Shown here: one piece after another, positions 46,757 through 58,059 of the stretch
Layout: each line of letters begins with the position of its first letter
Position numbering within the stretch: the stretch's first letter is position 1
NCBI GenBank assembly: GCA_032718475.1
Contig: JAUCBJ010004931.1
Coordinates: 1-64,000, forward strand
Source of the DNA: Nemertoderma westbladi
Lineage: Eukaryota; Animalia; Xenacoelomorpha
Direction of reading: 5' to 3'
Length of the DNA: 64,000 bases
Program-made: the position numbers and the translations under genes
The notes under the pieces: model-generated
Seen by the model: the letters and a program-made list of their open reading frames with translations, nothing else
Databases searched by the model: none
What the model was told of the DNA's origin: nothing

Positions 46757-49700
46757 ATGAGTCGAGAGAAAGGAACGACACCGCCGCGGACCCCGGACGA
46801 CGATCTAACGATCCGCGAGGCCACGGCGAGACGATACGAACCCACGACGCCGGTCGATGCTACGCCGACCACGTCGACGCACATTGACGCCACATCGATA
46901 ACGAGCGACCCGGCGAACCAAGATGTGGGGGGTCGTCTACAAAGAGAAATCGAGTCGGGAGGAGAAGAGGAAGACGAGTCGACGCGGAGTGAAGGTCGAC
47001 GTACCGATGTCGCCGGCCAGCCACAGGCCGAGGACGACGAACGGTCCACCGGAACGGCGACGGTGGGGCCGTCGGTACGACGTCGGACCCGGAGAGATGG
47101 AGGAGAGGTCGGCGACGAGGACGTCGGGGTTTCCGATCGACTTCGACGGGCCTACAACGCGACCCGGGAACTACTAAAGGAGGCCAAGGAGGGGGCGAGG
47201 ATAGACGAGGTCAGGATGACAAAGGGACTAGGTGAGTCGAACAGATACTTTGATCACCTAGTGTGTTCTGGGCAGAGAGAACTGGCCGGGGAGAGAGCGA
47301 GAGGGGTTGCCTTCGAACTGTTTGGGCTATGGGAACGTAGGGGTATGGGGCCTGGTGTAGTGTACATAGGGCCATACTTAGTCGATGCCAGGGAAGTTAA
47401 GTTAGTGGGTTGGAAGAGACCCGGGGAGGGCGAATCCGAGGTTAACTCCGAGGATTCGGTCTCGTCGGTCGGAGGAAGTTCCGGGAAGCGGGGGAAAGTT
47501 AGTAGGACGGAGGGGCGACGGGAGTCCGTCGCAACCGATAAGTCTGCTACATCCTCCGCAAAAGAAAGAAGGGTGCGAGAGAGTGAACGCGTGGCGTATA
47601 AATTAGAAAAGGCGGCGGCAGAGCGGAAACAGTTAGAGGGGCAATTGAGAGAGCAAACCGCATTATTAGAGTTGGTAAGGGAGGATAGAGAGAGGGCCGA
47701 GGAGCATAGAGATCGGGAGCATATCGGGATAATGATCGGGAGAATAGAGAGTGAGCCGGCGAGGCGGTCTGGGATGCTTGCGAGAGAGTTCCGAGTGTGC
47801 AGAGAGAGAGAGTTTAAGGAACAACGTACGCAGGATGGTTTGCTTGTCTGACTGGCGCTGCTTGCGCAATATCGGGCCAAACTTAAACGGCGCCGACTAG
47901 AACTGGCGCGGTTGGAGATATCAGAGAGTGAGCCCCCACTTACAGGCACCGGGCGAGAGAACCAGAACTGGTGTAGCCGTACGGGCGGGGGGGGGGTAGT
48001 AGTAGTATGTTAGAAGTAGTTAATGTTAATAGTACCGTATTAGATAACCCTAATCCCTTTATTGCAGCGAATAATATTTTACCTGGTAGTAGTAATTTAA
48101 ACTTAAACTCAAATAATAACGTTAATTCAAATATTCAGAATAATTCAAATAATACGAACAATAATTTAAATTTTGAAAATTCAAATAATTCTAATTTAAA
48201 TAATTTAAATCTCGTTTCAAATTCTAATAATTTAATTGATTTAACAAATAATATTGGGGATGGTGCTATTAATGTGAACGCGTCAGACGTGTATAGCCCG
48301 GCAGACGGCAGCCTGGTAGGCCACGTAGTTAGTAGGCAGGAAGTGGCGCGGTTGAGCCAACCCGAGGTGGGCCTGGTAGGCCACGCAGTAGTAGAGAGAG
48401 AGGCGGGGGTGAATAGACCCGGCCGCAGTAGAAACAGTGTGTCGACTAGAGAGGGGTGTAGAGACGAAGTAAGAGATAGTGAAGTTAGATGTGGCGAATG
48501 GGGGGGGGGGGGGGGCTACCGGCGCCCCACCACATAAGATTAGTGGCGAGAGAGGGGGGGCAGAGAATGCCCCACAAGAGGGGTGTAGAAGTGTAGTAAG
48601 AGGTAGTGAAGTTAGAAGTGGCGGGTGGGGGGGGGGGGCTACGGACACCCCACCGCGAGAAGTTAGTAGAGAGAGAGGGGGGGCAGAGAGTGTCCCACAG
48701 CCGTCAGCGGATAATGCGCGGGCCGAATCAGGTAAACCGCAACACCCGGCGACGGAGAGTAATAGGGGGATTGCGAGTATCCCCAGCGGCGTGCGATCGA
48801 GCAGAGAGAGGCAGGTTGACGTCGCGAGAGGGCAGGCGAAGCGTCGAGCCCGATCAGAAGAGGGAAGAAGAACAGTGGAGTTTAACCGGGAGGTCGACGA
48901 GAGATCTCATGAGCCGGAATACTACACAGAAAAGAGAAGAAGAGAAGATAGTAGAAGAAGTGTCGCCACGAACGATAGCAGTGCGAGGACGGATAACGGA
49001 CCGTCGACAGTAGAGATGGAGTCAGGGAGTCAGTGGGGTCGAACTTCGGGAGATTGCCGTCGCCCCGGAGAAACGCACCGCACGCCAAGAGAGGGGTACA
49101 GGACGTACCAATACAAAGTCGAGAACAGGAGAGGGGATCGAAGAGAAGCTTCCCGACGGGATATAGCTGCCGATCGAGAGTGCAGTAGTCGCGGGGAGAT
49201 TCGAGATTCGCGAAGAATAAACTTCGGTTCGGAAGGGCACATGCAGACTGCAGGACATACTGTAGGCCTTACTGCACATACTATTATAGGCCATGCTGGG
49301 AGAGATAGAGTAGGCGATGGGGTAGCGCGAACGACGGGATTAAACCCGGAAGTCGCGGAGTACATACCGGTAGGTAGGCGAGAGGTAGGTAGGCCTATAT
49401 CGGTACAGCAGCATGACTATAATACACAGGGACATAACATATATCCAGGGGAGGGGGGAGTTATTGGAGATAGATGTATGGGCCCCAATGTATTAACATC
49501 AACCCCAGTACCAAACATACCGGCCGGGGGGGGACAGGGTGACATTCCCCCATCACAATATCGACAATATACCCCGATAGGAGCAAGAACATCGAACTCC
49601 CTGGACGAGAACAGGTCGTGCGGACAGTCACCACCACACGCGGCCGTACAGGGGACTGCTAGTCCACAGTTAGCTGGTAGCAGGGCCACACCGTGGCAGG

Positions 49701-50392
49701 GACAGAAAGAAAATAACACCAAAAATAAACACAATCCCAATATACCCAGTAGGCCGAGTCTAGACAACCAAAACATTAAATCGGTACATATAAACCTAAG
49801 CGCGATACGTGAAGGACTATACAGGAAACGCTATAATCCAGGATTCCAATGTCAATTACATCGGGACGGAACCCATAAGACCAGGAGTTGCAAGTACTGG
49901 CAAGCGTTGCCCAAACGAGATCGTGTAGCCTACACAGACGCAAACGGACTATGTCATCGATGTGTGGTAAAAGGACACAGATCCGGAGAGTGTTGGAAAG
50001 GGAGAGGATATGAAAGGACTAAACCAGGGGCAGAGAAGCCCATGAGCAAACATAAGGGAGTCGGGAAAGTAGAAGGAGGCGTGTTGCATACACACGCAGG
50101 ACTGACACAGTGCGAGGGGGCATTACATGGGCAGACACCGCGTATACCGAGGGACGAGCGGGGGTCGTCGAGGGCTCTAATGCCAGCGCACATACGAAGG
50201 GGGAGGCCAGCAAAGGTAGCACCGAAGAGAGTGTGGCGAAGAGTTAGAGGACGTATAGGAGGGCAGCAGGAGAGTGCCTACTGGAAGAAGGGGCACCTGA
50301 GAGTTTTTAGTCGTCCAAAGTTTTGGACTGAGGGGGGTGGGAATGAGGGCGAGACGCCCTTCCCACGCACAAAATATAAAATAATTATTTAA
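46757..50392 (+). CDS. Gag-like polyprotein (about 1200 aa if joined) with BEL-type zinc knuckles and an integrase-tail remnant; split by one TGA and two poly-G frameshifts
   Basis: ORFs 46757-47851, 48007-48537 and 48479-50392; coiled-coil-like E/R-rich region; Asn-rich tract; CQLH...H...C...LCHRC...GH...C; RALMPAHIRRGRP...WRRV...YWKKGHL...SRPKFW. Confidence 0.7.
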
Positions 50393-50439
50393 TTAAAAAT
50401 AAGAAAATAATTAAATAATAGAGTAGGTAGAAGTTAGGT

Positions 50440-51700
50440 AGTAAGAGTTAGTTAGTTAGTTAGTTACTTAGTTAGTTAGTTAAAGGGTACGTAAGTACCG
50501 CTAGTTAGTTAGAGAGTTAGAGGGTACGTAGTACCTAGTTAGTTAGAGAGTTAGAGGGTACGCAAGTACCGCTAGTTAGTTAGAGAGTTAGAGGGTACGT
50601 AAGTACCGCTAGTTAGTTAGTTAGGAGGTACGTAGTACCGTTAGAGAGTAAGAGTTAGATGGTACGTAGTACCGTTAGAGAGTAAGAGTTAGAGGGTACG
50701 CAGTACCGTTAGAGAGTAGGAGTTAAGGGGTACGTAGTACCGTTAGAGAGTTAGTAAGAGTAAGAGGGTACGTAGTACCGCTAGCTAGTAGAGAGAGCTA
50801 GAGTAGTAAGAGGGTACGTAGTACCGCTAGTTAGAGTAAGAGTTAGGAGGTACGTAGTACCATTAGTTAGTAAGAGTCAGCTAGTTAGTTAGTTAAGGGT
50901 ACGTAGTACCGCTAGTTAGCTAGAGTAGTTAGAGGGTACGTAGTACCATTAGTTAGTAAGAGTCAGCTAGTTAGTTAGTTAAGGGTACGTAGTACCGCTA
51001 GTTAGCTAGAGTAGTTAGAGGGTACGTAGTACCATTAGTTAGTAGGAGTTAGTTAGTTAGTTAGTTGAGGGTACGTAGTACCGCTAGCTAGCTAGAGAGT
51101 AAGAGTTAGTTAGTTAGTTAGCTAGTTGAGGGTACGTAGTACCGCTAGCTAGCTAGAGAGTAAGAGTCAGAGGGTACGTAGTACCATTGGTTAGTAAGAG
51201 TTAGAATAGTTAGTTGGTTGAGGGTACGTAGTACCGCTAACTAGCTAGAGAGTAAGAGTCAGAGGGTACGTAGTACCATTGGTTAGTAAGAGTTAGAATA
51301 GTTAGTTGGTTGAGGGTACGTAGTACCGCTAACTAGCTAGAGAGTAAGAGTTAGGATAGTTAGTTGGTTGAGGGTACGTAGTACCGCTAACTAGCTAGAG
51401 AGTAAGAGTTAGAAGGTATGTAGTACCGTAAGAGAGAATTAGTTAGAGTTAAAGGGTACGTAGTACCGACAGTTAGTAAGAGTAGAGAGAATTAGTTAGA
51501 GTTAAAGGGTACGTAGTACCGGTTAGTAAGAGTAGAGAGAGTTAGTAAGAGTAAGAAGGTATGTAGTACCAGTTAGTAAGAGTAGAGTTAGAGTTAGTAA
51601 GTAGTCAAAGGGTACGCAGTACCGATAGTTAGTAAGAGAGTAAGTAGTTAAAGGGTACGTAGTACCGCTAGTTAGTTAGAGAAAGTAAGAGTTAGAAAGA
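50440..51700 (+). repeat. Array of about 28 GGTAC-GTA-GTACC hairpin motifs with variable GTTAG/GAG linkers
   Basis: Counted by eye; spacing about 33-61 bp; linkers contain very few C. Confidence 0.92.
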
Positions 51701-51829
51701 AAGTAGTAGCAGTAGAAGGGTTGTGGGCACCGGAAGCGCCACGCAGTTAGAGTTAGTAGGGAATGCGTTGAACTTAGTGGGGCACGGGCGTGATGACGTG
51801 TTTGATGTAAGAGCAGGGTATGTTAATTA

Positions 51830-52620
51830 GGGTGGGTGCCGGGCACAAGAGGTGCCGGGCACAAAAAGAGTTAGAGAGGTAGTTGAGGAGTAGAAGGGCA
51901 CGAAGGGTGCCAGATAGTAAGAGTTAGTAGAAGGGCACGAAGGGTGCCAGATAGTAAGAGTTAGTAGAAGGGCACGAAGGGTGCCAGATAGTAAGAGTTA
52001 GTAGAAGGGCACGAAGGGTGCCAGATAGTAAGAGTTAGTAGTAGAGTTAGTAAGAGTTAGTAGTAGTTCACATGATTAACGTACCCACTCTGCCGGCATT
52101 CAGAGCGTCACGTGCAGGCGAGTGGATGTAAAGGAAGTAAGTTAGAGATAGAGTAGAGTAGTAGAGAGGGCACATAGGGTGCCAGGTAGTAGAGTAGGGT
52201 GTTAGAGGTAGCAGAGAGGGCACATAGGGTGCCAGAGAGTAGAGTAGTAGAGACGGGCACATAGGGTGCCAGGTAGTAGAGTTAGAGAGTTAGAGATAGA
52301 GTAGAGTAGTAGAGAGGGCACATAGGGTGCCAGGTAGTAGAGTTAGAGTGTTAGAGGTAGTAGAGAGGGCACATAGGGTGCCAGAGAGTAGAGTAGTAGA
52401 GACGGGCACATAGGGTGCCAGGTAGTAGAGTTAGAGGGTTAGAGTAGAGTAGAGTAGTAGAGAGGGCACATAGGGTGCCAGGTAGTAGAGAGAGAGGAGT
52501 AGTGTAGTAGAGGCACATAGGGTGCCAGGTAGTAGAGCTAGAGAGGTAGTTGAGTAGTAGAAGGGCACATAGGGTGCCAGATAGTAGAGTGGTTGTGGGC
52601 ACCGCAAGCGCCACGTAGTT
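51830..52620 (+). repeat. Array of about 13 GGCAC-(GAAGG/ATAGG)-GTGCC hairpin motifs with GTAGA-rich linkers
   Basis: 4 GAAGG-loop copies at 37-bp period followed by about 9 ATAGG-loop copies. Confidence 0.92.
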
Positions 52621-53457
52621 AGAAGAGTGGGTGGAGTTAGGGAGTTCTAGTTAAAGGGCTAGAGAGTTGGTAGACTCAGAGGAGTCAAGTAGAGTTAGTA
52701 GAAGTAGAGAGTTAGTAGGAGTTAGTTAGACTTAGTAGAGCTAGTTAGAGTCTAGTAGAAAGTTAGAGGCTCTCAGTTAGAGCTAGAAGTAGTAAGAGTT
52801 AGTAGTTAGCAGAGTTAGTTAGATAGTTAGAGTTAGTAAGCAGTAGGTAGATAGTATGATAGCACAGGGGTAGCATTAGAGATTAAAGCCTTAGGGAGTG
52901 ACAAGAGAGTGGAGAGGTGATAGTGCGGAGTGCGGAGAGAGTGGTGTAAGTACTATAGTCATACAACCTTTCTCAATTAGCTACTGGGACTGGGGGGCTA
53001 ACTGACTATGGCACTAGGGACAAGACGCCAGACGATTTCACATTTCCTGAGTGCGACGGCACGGAGGGGGGGGTGAGATTCGTCAGAAGGGATCAGGTAG
53101 TCAAGGAGGGATGGAGTAATAGTGCGGAGTGCGAAGAGAGCGTGGGCGCAATTCAAGTGTGGGGGAGGAGAAGTGAGAGGAAGAGTGTGGGACGAGGAGG
53201 TCCGGGAGTATGCGAGAGTTGGAGTAGAGTGGTGAGAGTGTTGGGGAAACAAAAATTGTGTGAGAGAAGCGCACGATCGGCCCGACACGAGACGCCAGAG
53301 GGTAGTGACATCATACCCATAGGGAGCGGCCTGGAAAGCCGACTCCGAGAAAGAAAATAACCCACCCCACACCCGATGCTAGATCGGGATCCAGCGGAAT
53401 TGTAGCGCACTTTAGTTGGATGCTATCTTCTCACCGGGAAGATAGCATGGGGGGGAG

Positions 53458-54008
53458 TGTTAGCTTATCCAATTCCGCTAACATGAACCCACAAAGTAAG
53501 CCGTTGAGCAATATTGGGAGCACGAGGTTGATTACCAATCAACCTCGTGTCAGCCCAGTAAACGGGGACAATAGGCCCCAAAGGAGACACACACAATAAG
53601 GGTCAGGGGCCAAACCCCTAACAGAGAGAGAACAACAGGGGCAACGGGAAACACACCAGGGAAGGTGAAAGGGCGAGAAGTGGGATATTAGCCAATGGGG
53701 GGACAGCATCGACTAGGTACAGTAATATGGCCAACTGTGCAGTACATATATTACCTGTTGGTGCTTCCCTATTCAGTTAGTTTACTCAGTCAGATCAGTA
53801 GGGTGGAACGGGGACTTCTGTCACCGTCCGCTACCGCCATCATACTTATCTACCGGTAAAGTGTCGTACTATACTATATCAACTATCAGACTATATTATA
53901 CCTTTATACATATTACCGAACATCAGAACTCTTTTACCTTTCACACACGGCGGGGACGCGTGGATAGAAAACCCAACGGATAAACCGGGATCCGTAGATC
54001 CCGTCACA
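53458..54008 (+). repeat. 3' LTR
   Basis: Same sequence as 46076-46626; followed by TAAAT. Confidence 0.97.
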
Positions 54009-54013
54009 TAAAT

Positions 54014-54456
54014 TATGCGGAATGGGTGCTGTAAATTTACAAGTACACCTCTATGGTGGTGGCTTATCGGATACTCTGAATGAACTTAGACATTGGCTAT
54101 TCACTTCAAAGAAGCAACACCCGAAATTATTCAACCTTCCCCCCACACAGAGTGCCGCTGTACCACATGTAAAACGGGCTCTTTTGCAAGTTGTTTTGTG
54201 GAGAGCTGCTGATGATCCTGCACCTCCACTGTTGGCTGTTAACAAGTTTGGTTGGATGGCGATCAATGACAAACTGATACCGGATCCTGGCGTCTCATCC
54301 ATTGCCCCAATTTCGATCCTTAAAACTATATCTTGTAATTGCAAGTCCGAAAGTGCCTGATCGTCCAATCGATGCGGTTGCTCTATAGCCGCTCTACCAT
54401 GTACTACTACGTGCACCTGCACCACTTCAAAGTGTAAAAATAAATACGATGTTTAA
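54014..54456 (+). pseudogene. Academ transposase C-terminus with CXC (tesmin-like) cysteine cluster
   Basis: LNELRHWLF...LPPTQSAAVPHVKRALLQ..LW...FGW...ISCNCKSESA*SSNRCGC...LPCTTTCTC...CKN. Confidence 0.8.
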
Positions 54457-55733
54457 AGCAATGTTCCGTTTAAATAATTAATTTAATAAACATACAACTC
54501 TTCTAGCTGATTGATTATCTTTCGTAATACCAGTAATGGAGAATATTTGGGATAGATACCCAGATAGGTACGCAGTAAAGAAAGATGGTACATTGAATCT
54601 ACTGTACCTATTTTCTGCAAACGTAGGATAGATAAACGTCAAAATTTGCATTTGAAAGGAGTAAACTAACTCATCTAATTAAATTGAAAACTAAATGTGA
54701 TTAATAACCCCTCAGTGATAATAATTGTTTGCTTTTATAAATAGGTACATAAATAATCTAAAGTTTAATACAGTAGTTGGCATATCTTAATAAACATCCC
54801 AAAGGCCAAAATTTATGATTAATAATGTTGCTATGGGAACTAATCTTCTAGAAATCTTATTCAGAATAATTAACAAGAGCTGTGGCAATAGGTGCAAGGT
54901 CGCAGATATCTCAAAATAAAACCTTGTATGCCTGTTGCTATGGAAACTTAGGTTAAGTGCATTATAAAAAGTTCCCCGAAGGTGCCGAAGTGGCACCCGA
55001 CGGATTTTGATTACTCTAAGGTCCGACTAAAGTTTAAGCAAATAAAAATGCGTGATGACCCAAAGTCACAGTGGACCCCTCTGTCTACCTGACTATCTAT
55101 AAATGTTGTATAATACCATTTTTTTCTAAAATTATACTCTTTTCTTAGAAATCGCTCTGTTGCGGAATTCTAGAAAATATATGTGGCAGTATATTCATAT
55201 AATTTTATGTATTATCCTATGGTACAGCAATATACCAAACTTGCTACGGTTTTTTTCTATAATGTGCTGTAGCTATCTATATATTTCACATTAAGCAAAA
55301 TGACCATCTCAATAAGATTCACAGATTGGCACTTTAAATTATACTCCAGTATTCGTAAGAATGATAACTCTTATTACAATCTGACCTCACCAAAAGCCAT
55401 GCGAGCATCATTAAATTAGATAGAAACGGCATAAAAAAAGTGAAGATCTTTTCGTTGTTTGCCATATCTTATTAATTTAATTAAATTTTACTGGGGGGGG
55501 GGGGGGGTAATAGTGTAACTAACCCGTGTCACCATAATTCTGCCTTTGTATAGCTATTTTGGCTAGTGATTTATGTTCGGGAACATATTTCCGACACGTT
55601 ACATGTTTAATTTTTGTGGTAGCTAGTGTTTTCAATGGTAGTTAGTCTATTCATAAAAATGGTACAGTAGCTAGTGTTTTTAAAAATATCAACAAATCTT
55701 ATTATTTTTATGAATATCCATAGTAAAGTTGGT

Positions 55734-56325
55734 TTATCTTTATTTATTTATCAGTGAAAAGAGCCTAGTATTGAAGAAAATAAAATAACGTGATTTCTGC
55801 AACAATTAATTAAATAAGATAATTAAAAAAATACAGTAGTTGCACAGATTCGGCCGTATCGCCCTTACCTTATGTTAGAGGCAATGAGTGCGGAAATGAA
55901 AAAAACAAGGAGACCTCCTTGTAACAAGTACGAAAAATAGAAAAGGTCTACGACTCATTTCCAGTATAGACCCCACAGAACTATAATCCTTACAGGCAAT
56001 GAGATAACTGGTACTCATTTAACGACCGTTTAAGAAACAAAGCAAATATGCGAGCGCCCTGTTTGGTTAGTCCCTTAGCATTTGTGCCAAAACGAAAACT
56101 ATCCTGGCCCGCATGCAGGGGAACAACCCCACGACCTCTGGTGCGATATTAATTCAAGGAAATGGATTTAAATGCTACGCAAGGCTTGAAAAAATTGAAT
56201 ACACGTATTGTATTAGAACACGATCCGTAAAAATACAAAGTATGCTGTCATGTTCGTTCAATATGCTCTAATTAAAAATAAACACAATATTGCTATGTTC
56301 TAAAGTTAATATACGGAAATAAAAA
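55734..56325 (+). repeat. Direct duplicate of 43066-43664 (includes SINE copy and left arm of the palindrome)
   Basis: Near-identical sequence from CAGTGAAAAGAGCCTAG to TACGGAAATAAAAA. Confidence 0.92.
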
Positions 56326-56331
56326 TTTCCG

Positions 56332-57365
56332 TATATTAACTCTAGAACATTGCAATATTGTATGTATATTAACTCTAGAACATTGCAATATTGTATGTAT
56401 ATTAACTCTAGAACATTGCAATATTGTATGTATATTAACTCTAGAACATTGCAATATTGTATGTATATTAACTCCAGAACATTGCAATATTGTATGTATA
56501 TTAACTCTAGAACATTGCAATATTGTATGTATATTAACTCTAGAACATTGCAATATTGTATGTATATTAACTCTAGAACATTGCAATATTGTATGTATAT
56601 TAACTCTAGAACATTGCAATATTGTATGTATATTAACTCTAGAACATTGCAATATTGTATGTATATTAACTCTAGAACATTGCAATATTGTATGTATATT
56701 AACTCTAGAACATTGCAATATTGTATGTATATTAACTCTAGAACATTGCAATATTGTATGTATATTAACTCTAGAACATTGCAATATTGTATGTATATTA
56801 ACTCTAGAACATTGCAATATTGTATGTATATTAACTCTAGAACATTGCAATATTGTATGTATATTAACTCTAGAACATTGCAATATTGTATGTATATTAA
56901 CTCCAGAACATTGCAATATTGTATGTATATTAACTCTAGAACATTGCAATATTGTATGTATATTAACTCTAGAACATTGCAATATTGTATGTATATTAAC
57001 TCTAGAACATTGCAATATTGTATGTATATTAACTCTAGAACATTGCAATTTTGTATGTATATTAACTCTAGAACATTGCAATATTGTATGTATATTAACT
57101 CTAGAACATTGCAATATTGTATGTATATTAACTCTAGAACATTGCAATATTGTATGTATATTAACTCTAGAACATTGCAATATTGTATGTATATTAACAC
57201 CAGAACATTGCAATATTGTATGTATATTAACTCCAGAACATTGCAATATTGTATGTATATTAACTCTAGAACATTGCAATATTGTATGTATATTAACTCT
57301 AGAACATTGCAATATTGTATGTATATTAACTCTAGAACATTGCAATATTGTATGTATATAAACTT
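56332..57365. repeat. 33-bp minisatellite TATATTAACTCTAGAACATTGCAATATTGTATG, about 31 copies
   Basis: Homogeneous tandem units (11-aa periodic ORFs on both strands). Confidence 0.97.
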
Positions 57366-57419
57366 TGATAAATATCAGCGAAAATATCGAATATAAAATT
57401 ATATAAAATAAGTTTGAAC

Positions 57420-57900
57420 TTCGCTAATACTGGGTTTCATACAGTGAAGGATATCGTGACATTAGTGAACTTGTTGGGGTATGTTGGACCATTGAACGAA
57501 CAACAGGGATTAGATGTCATTTAATTGTGTTCAGGTATTCCAGGGTGCTCGTCGCGAATGCGATACGTTATGGGCAGTTGAATACAATACATAAAGGGTC
57601 CGAATCAGTCCAGTTTGCCATTGATGCTTTTAGAAATTTCAGGCATATATTTAATTCTCAATTACGCTTTGAAGTTTGGTTGGAAATCCTGCTTCAGAAA
57701 TGGAGCATATATTACTGTACTAGTTTGGATGCGTACTCCTAATAGTATCTATACAACATTGTAGTAAAGTGGCGGAATTACGTTGAGGTCTGACATAGTA
57801 GATCCTATCCATGACTCACATCCATACATAAGGGAGCTGAGGGCAGCTTCTGTTACATTTTTGTTATATATATATGGCATGTTTAAGTTGTTATTTATAA
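57420..57900 (-). mobile_element. 3' part of an old LINE (RTE-X-like) RT ORF
   Basis: EAALSSLMYGCESW...LLGVRIQT peptide; plausibly continues the fragment at 62900-63900. Confidence 0.55.
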
Positions 57901-58059
57901 ATGTTATGAATTTATTCTACTGCTTCCTTCTCACGGTAACGCGCTTTTTAGATTTCCATTGGCACAGAAGGATAATAACTACTAATTGATTCTTAATGAC
58001 TTACCGGTAAAAATAAGATCACTTCTACACCCTATCTATATGCTTGCACACAACTAAAC

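Larger units (their letters stand above)
46076..54008 (+). mobile_element. Non-autonomous BEL/Pao-type LTR retrotransposon, very recent insertion
   Basis: TG...CA LTRs of 551 bp, identical by eye; 5-bp TSD TAAAT; PPT GGGGGGGAG before the 3' LTR; BEL-type Gag knuckles; no PR/RT/RH motifs recognised. Confidence 0.9.
44081..55095 (+). mobile_element. Internally deleted Academ DNA transposon, interrupted by an LTR element
   Basis: TIRs TAGTC...TAGAC...TTGGGTCATCACGCA.TTTTATTT with matching GGGTGCCA...GGGGAA subterminal motif. Transposase peptides YHKSCY, LFGSRELIDFLHSQGYIASYDEV, DNFDLN, LPPTQSAA..HVKRA, and a C-terminal CXC cluster. Confidence 0.85.

Noticed and set aside
50440-52620. CRISPR array interpretation of the hairpin arrays
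   Set aside because: Repeats are 13-16 bp and the spacers are low-complexity and mutually related, not acquired unique sequences; there are no cas genes.
53035-53095. Minus-strand hammerhead-like CTGACGA...GAAA
   Set aside because: No coherent three-way junction found by eye.
56268-57396. 11-aa repeat ORFs of 310-350 aa on both strands
   Set aside because: Consequence of the 33-bp unit; the origin from a non-coding palindrome is visible.
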